This document shows, one piece after another, positions 63,784 to 64,000 of a DNA stretch of 64,000 bases (within the stretch, counting starts at the first letter, position 1; each line of letters opens with the position of its first letter). The position numbers and the translations under genes were made by a program. The stretch is taken from assembly GCF_011386835.1 (NCBI RefSeq), contig NC_088793.1, positions 118,482,001 to 118,546,000 of the forward strand. Direction: 5' to 3'. Under the pieces are notes generated by a model, which saw only the letters and a list, made by a program, of their open reading frames with translations, did not search any database and was not told the origin of the DNA. Source of the stretch: Chrysemys picta bellii. Lineage: Eukaryota.

Positions 63784-64000
63784 ATCTGACCTCCTTCCCT
63801 TCTGCTTCGGACTGTTCTTGTTGGACATTCGGGTAGAGAAGGAACTGAGGACGGTTCGCCCAGGCAGATCTATATGCCCTTGGAGCACAGCATGAGGTTA
63901 TATAGAGCGCGTGTGCTGGCCAAATGGATACTGCTACTGGAAAATCTCTGATCGAGGGCTTGAGAGGCACATGCACACCTGAAGTGGAGAACACATAGGG

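Larger units (their letters stand above)
58294..64000 (+). mobile_element. Nearly complete decayed DIRS-type tyrosine-recombinase retrotransposon (right end runs off window)
   Basis: Left ITR 58294-58476 and inverted copy 63832-64000; ICR 63676-63783; gag, RT, RNase H, MT-like and YR remnants in canonical order. Confidence 0.93.

Noticed and set aside
1-64000. CRISPR arrays, operons, prokaryotic defence or recombinase systems
   Set aside because: Vertebrate intronic DNA; the RT, methyltransferase-like and tyrosine recombinase domains all belong to DIRS retrotransposons

Overview
Vertebrate nuclear DNA, almost certainly a turtle (tortoise-type tRNA-derived Pol III SINE, PsCR1-type CR1 LINEs with 8-nt tails, turtle-type hAT/Harbinger MITEs). 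The window lies inside ARID1B (+ strand): two in-frame phase-0 coding exons (6948-7094, 35573-35683) separated by a 28,478-nt intron; everything else is intron. The introns hold three decayed DIRS-type tyrosine-recombinase retrotransposons, all sense to ARID1B: an internally deleted copy (410-1892), a 5'-truncated copy with nested CR1 and RTE (10640-16720) and a nearly complete copy with ITRs, ICR, gag, RT/RNase H, methyltransferase-like and YR remnants (58294->64000). Also present: CR1/RTE/L2/Penelope fragments, a solo LTR, an LF-SINE, MIR, a U2 snRNA-derived fragment, many MITEs, a GC-rich fold-back and a 132-N gap. No prokaryotic or CRISPR features. The most speculative lead is that DIRS termini, ICR and leader read as splice signals. 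All family assignments come from recall of consensus motifs, not database searches.
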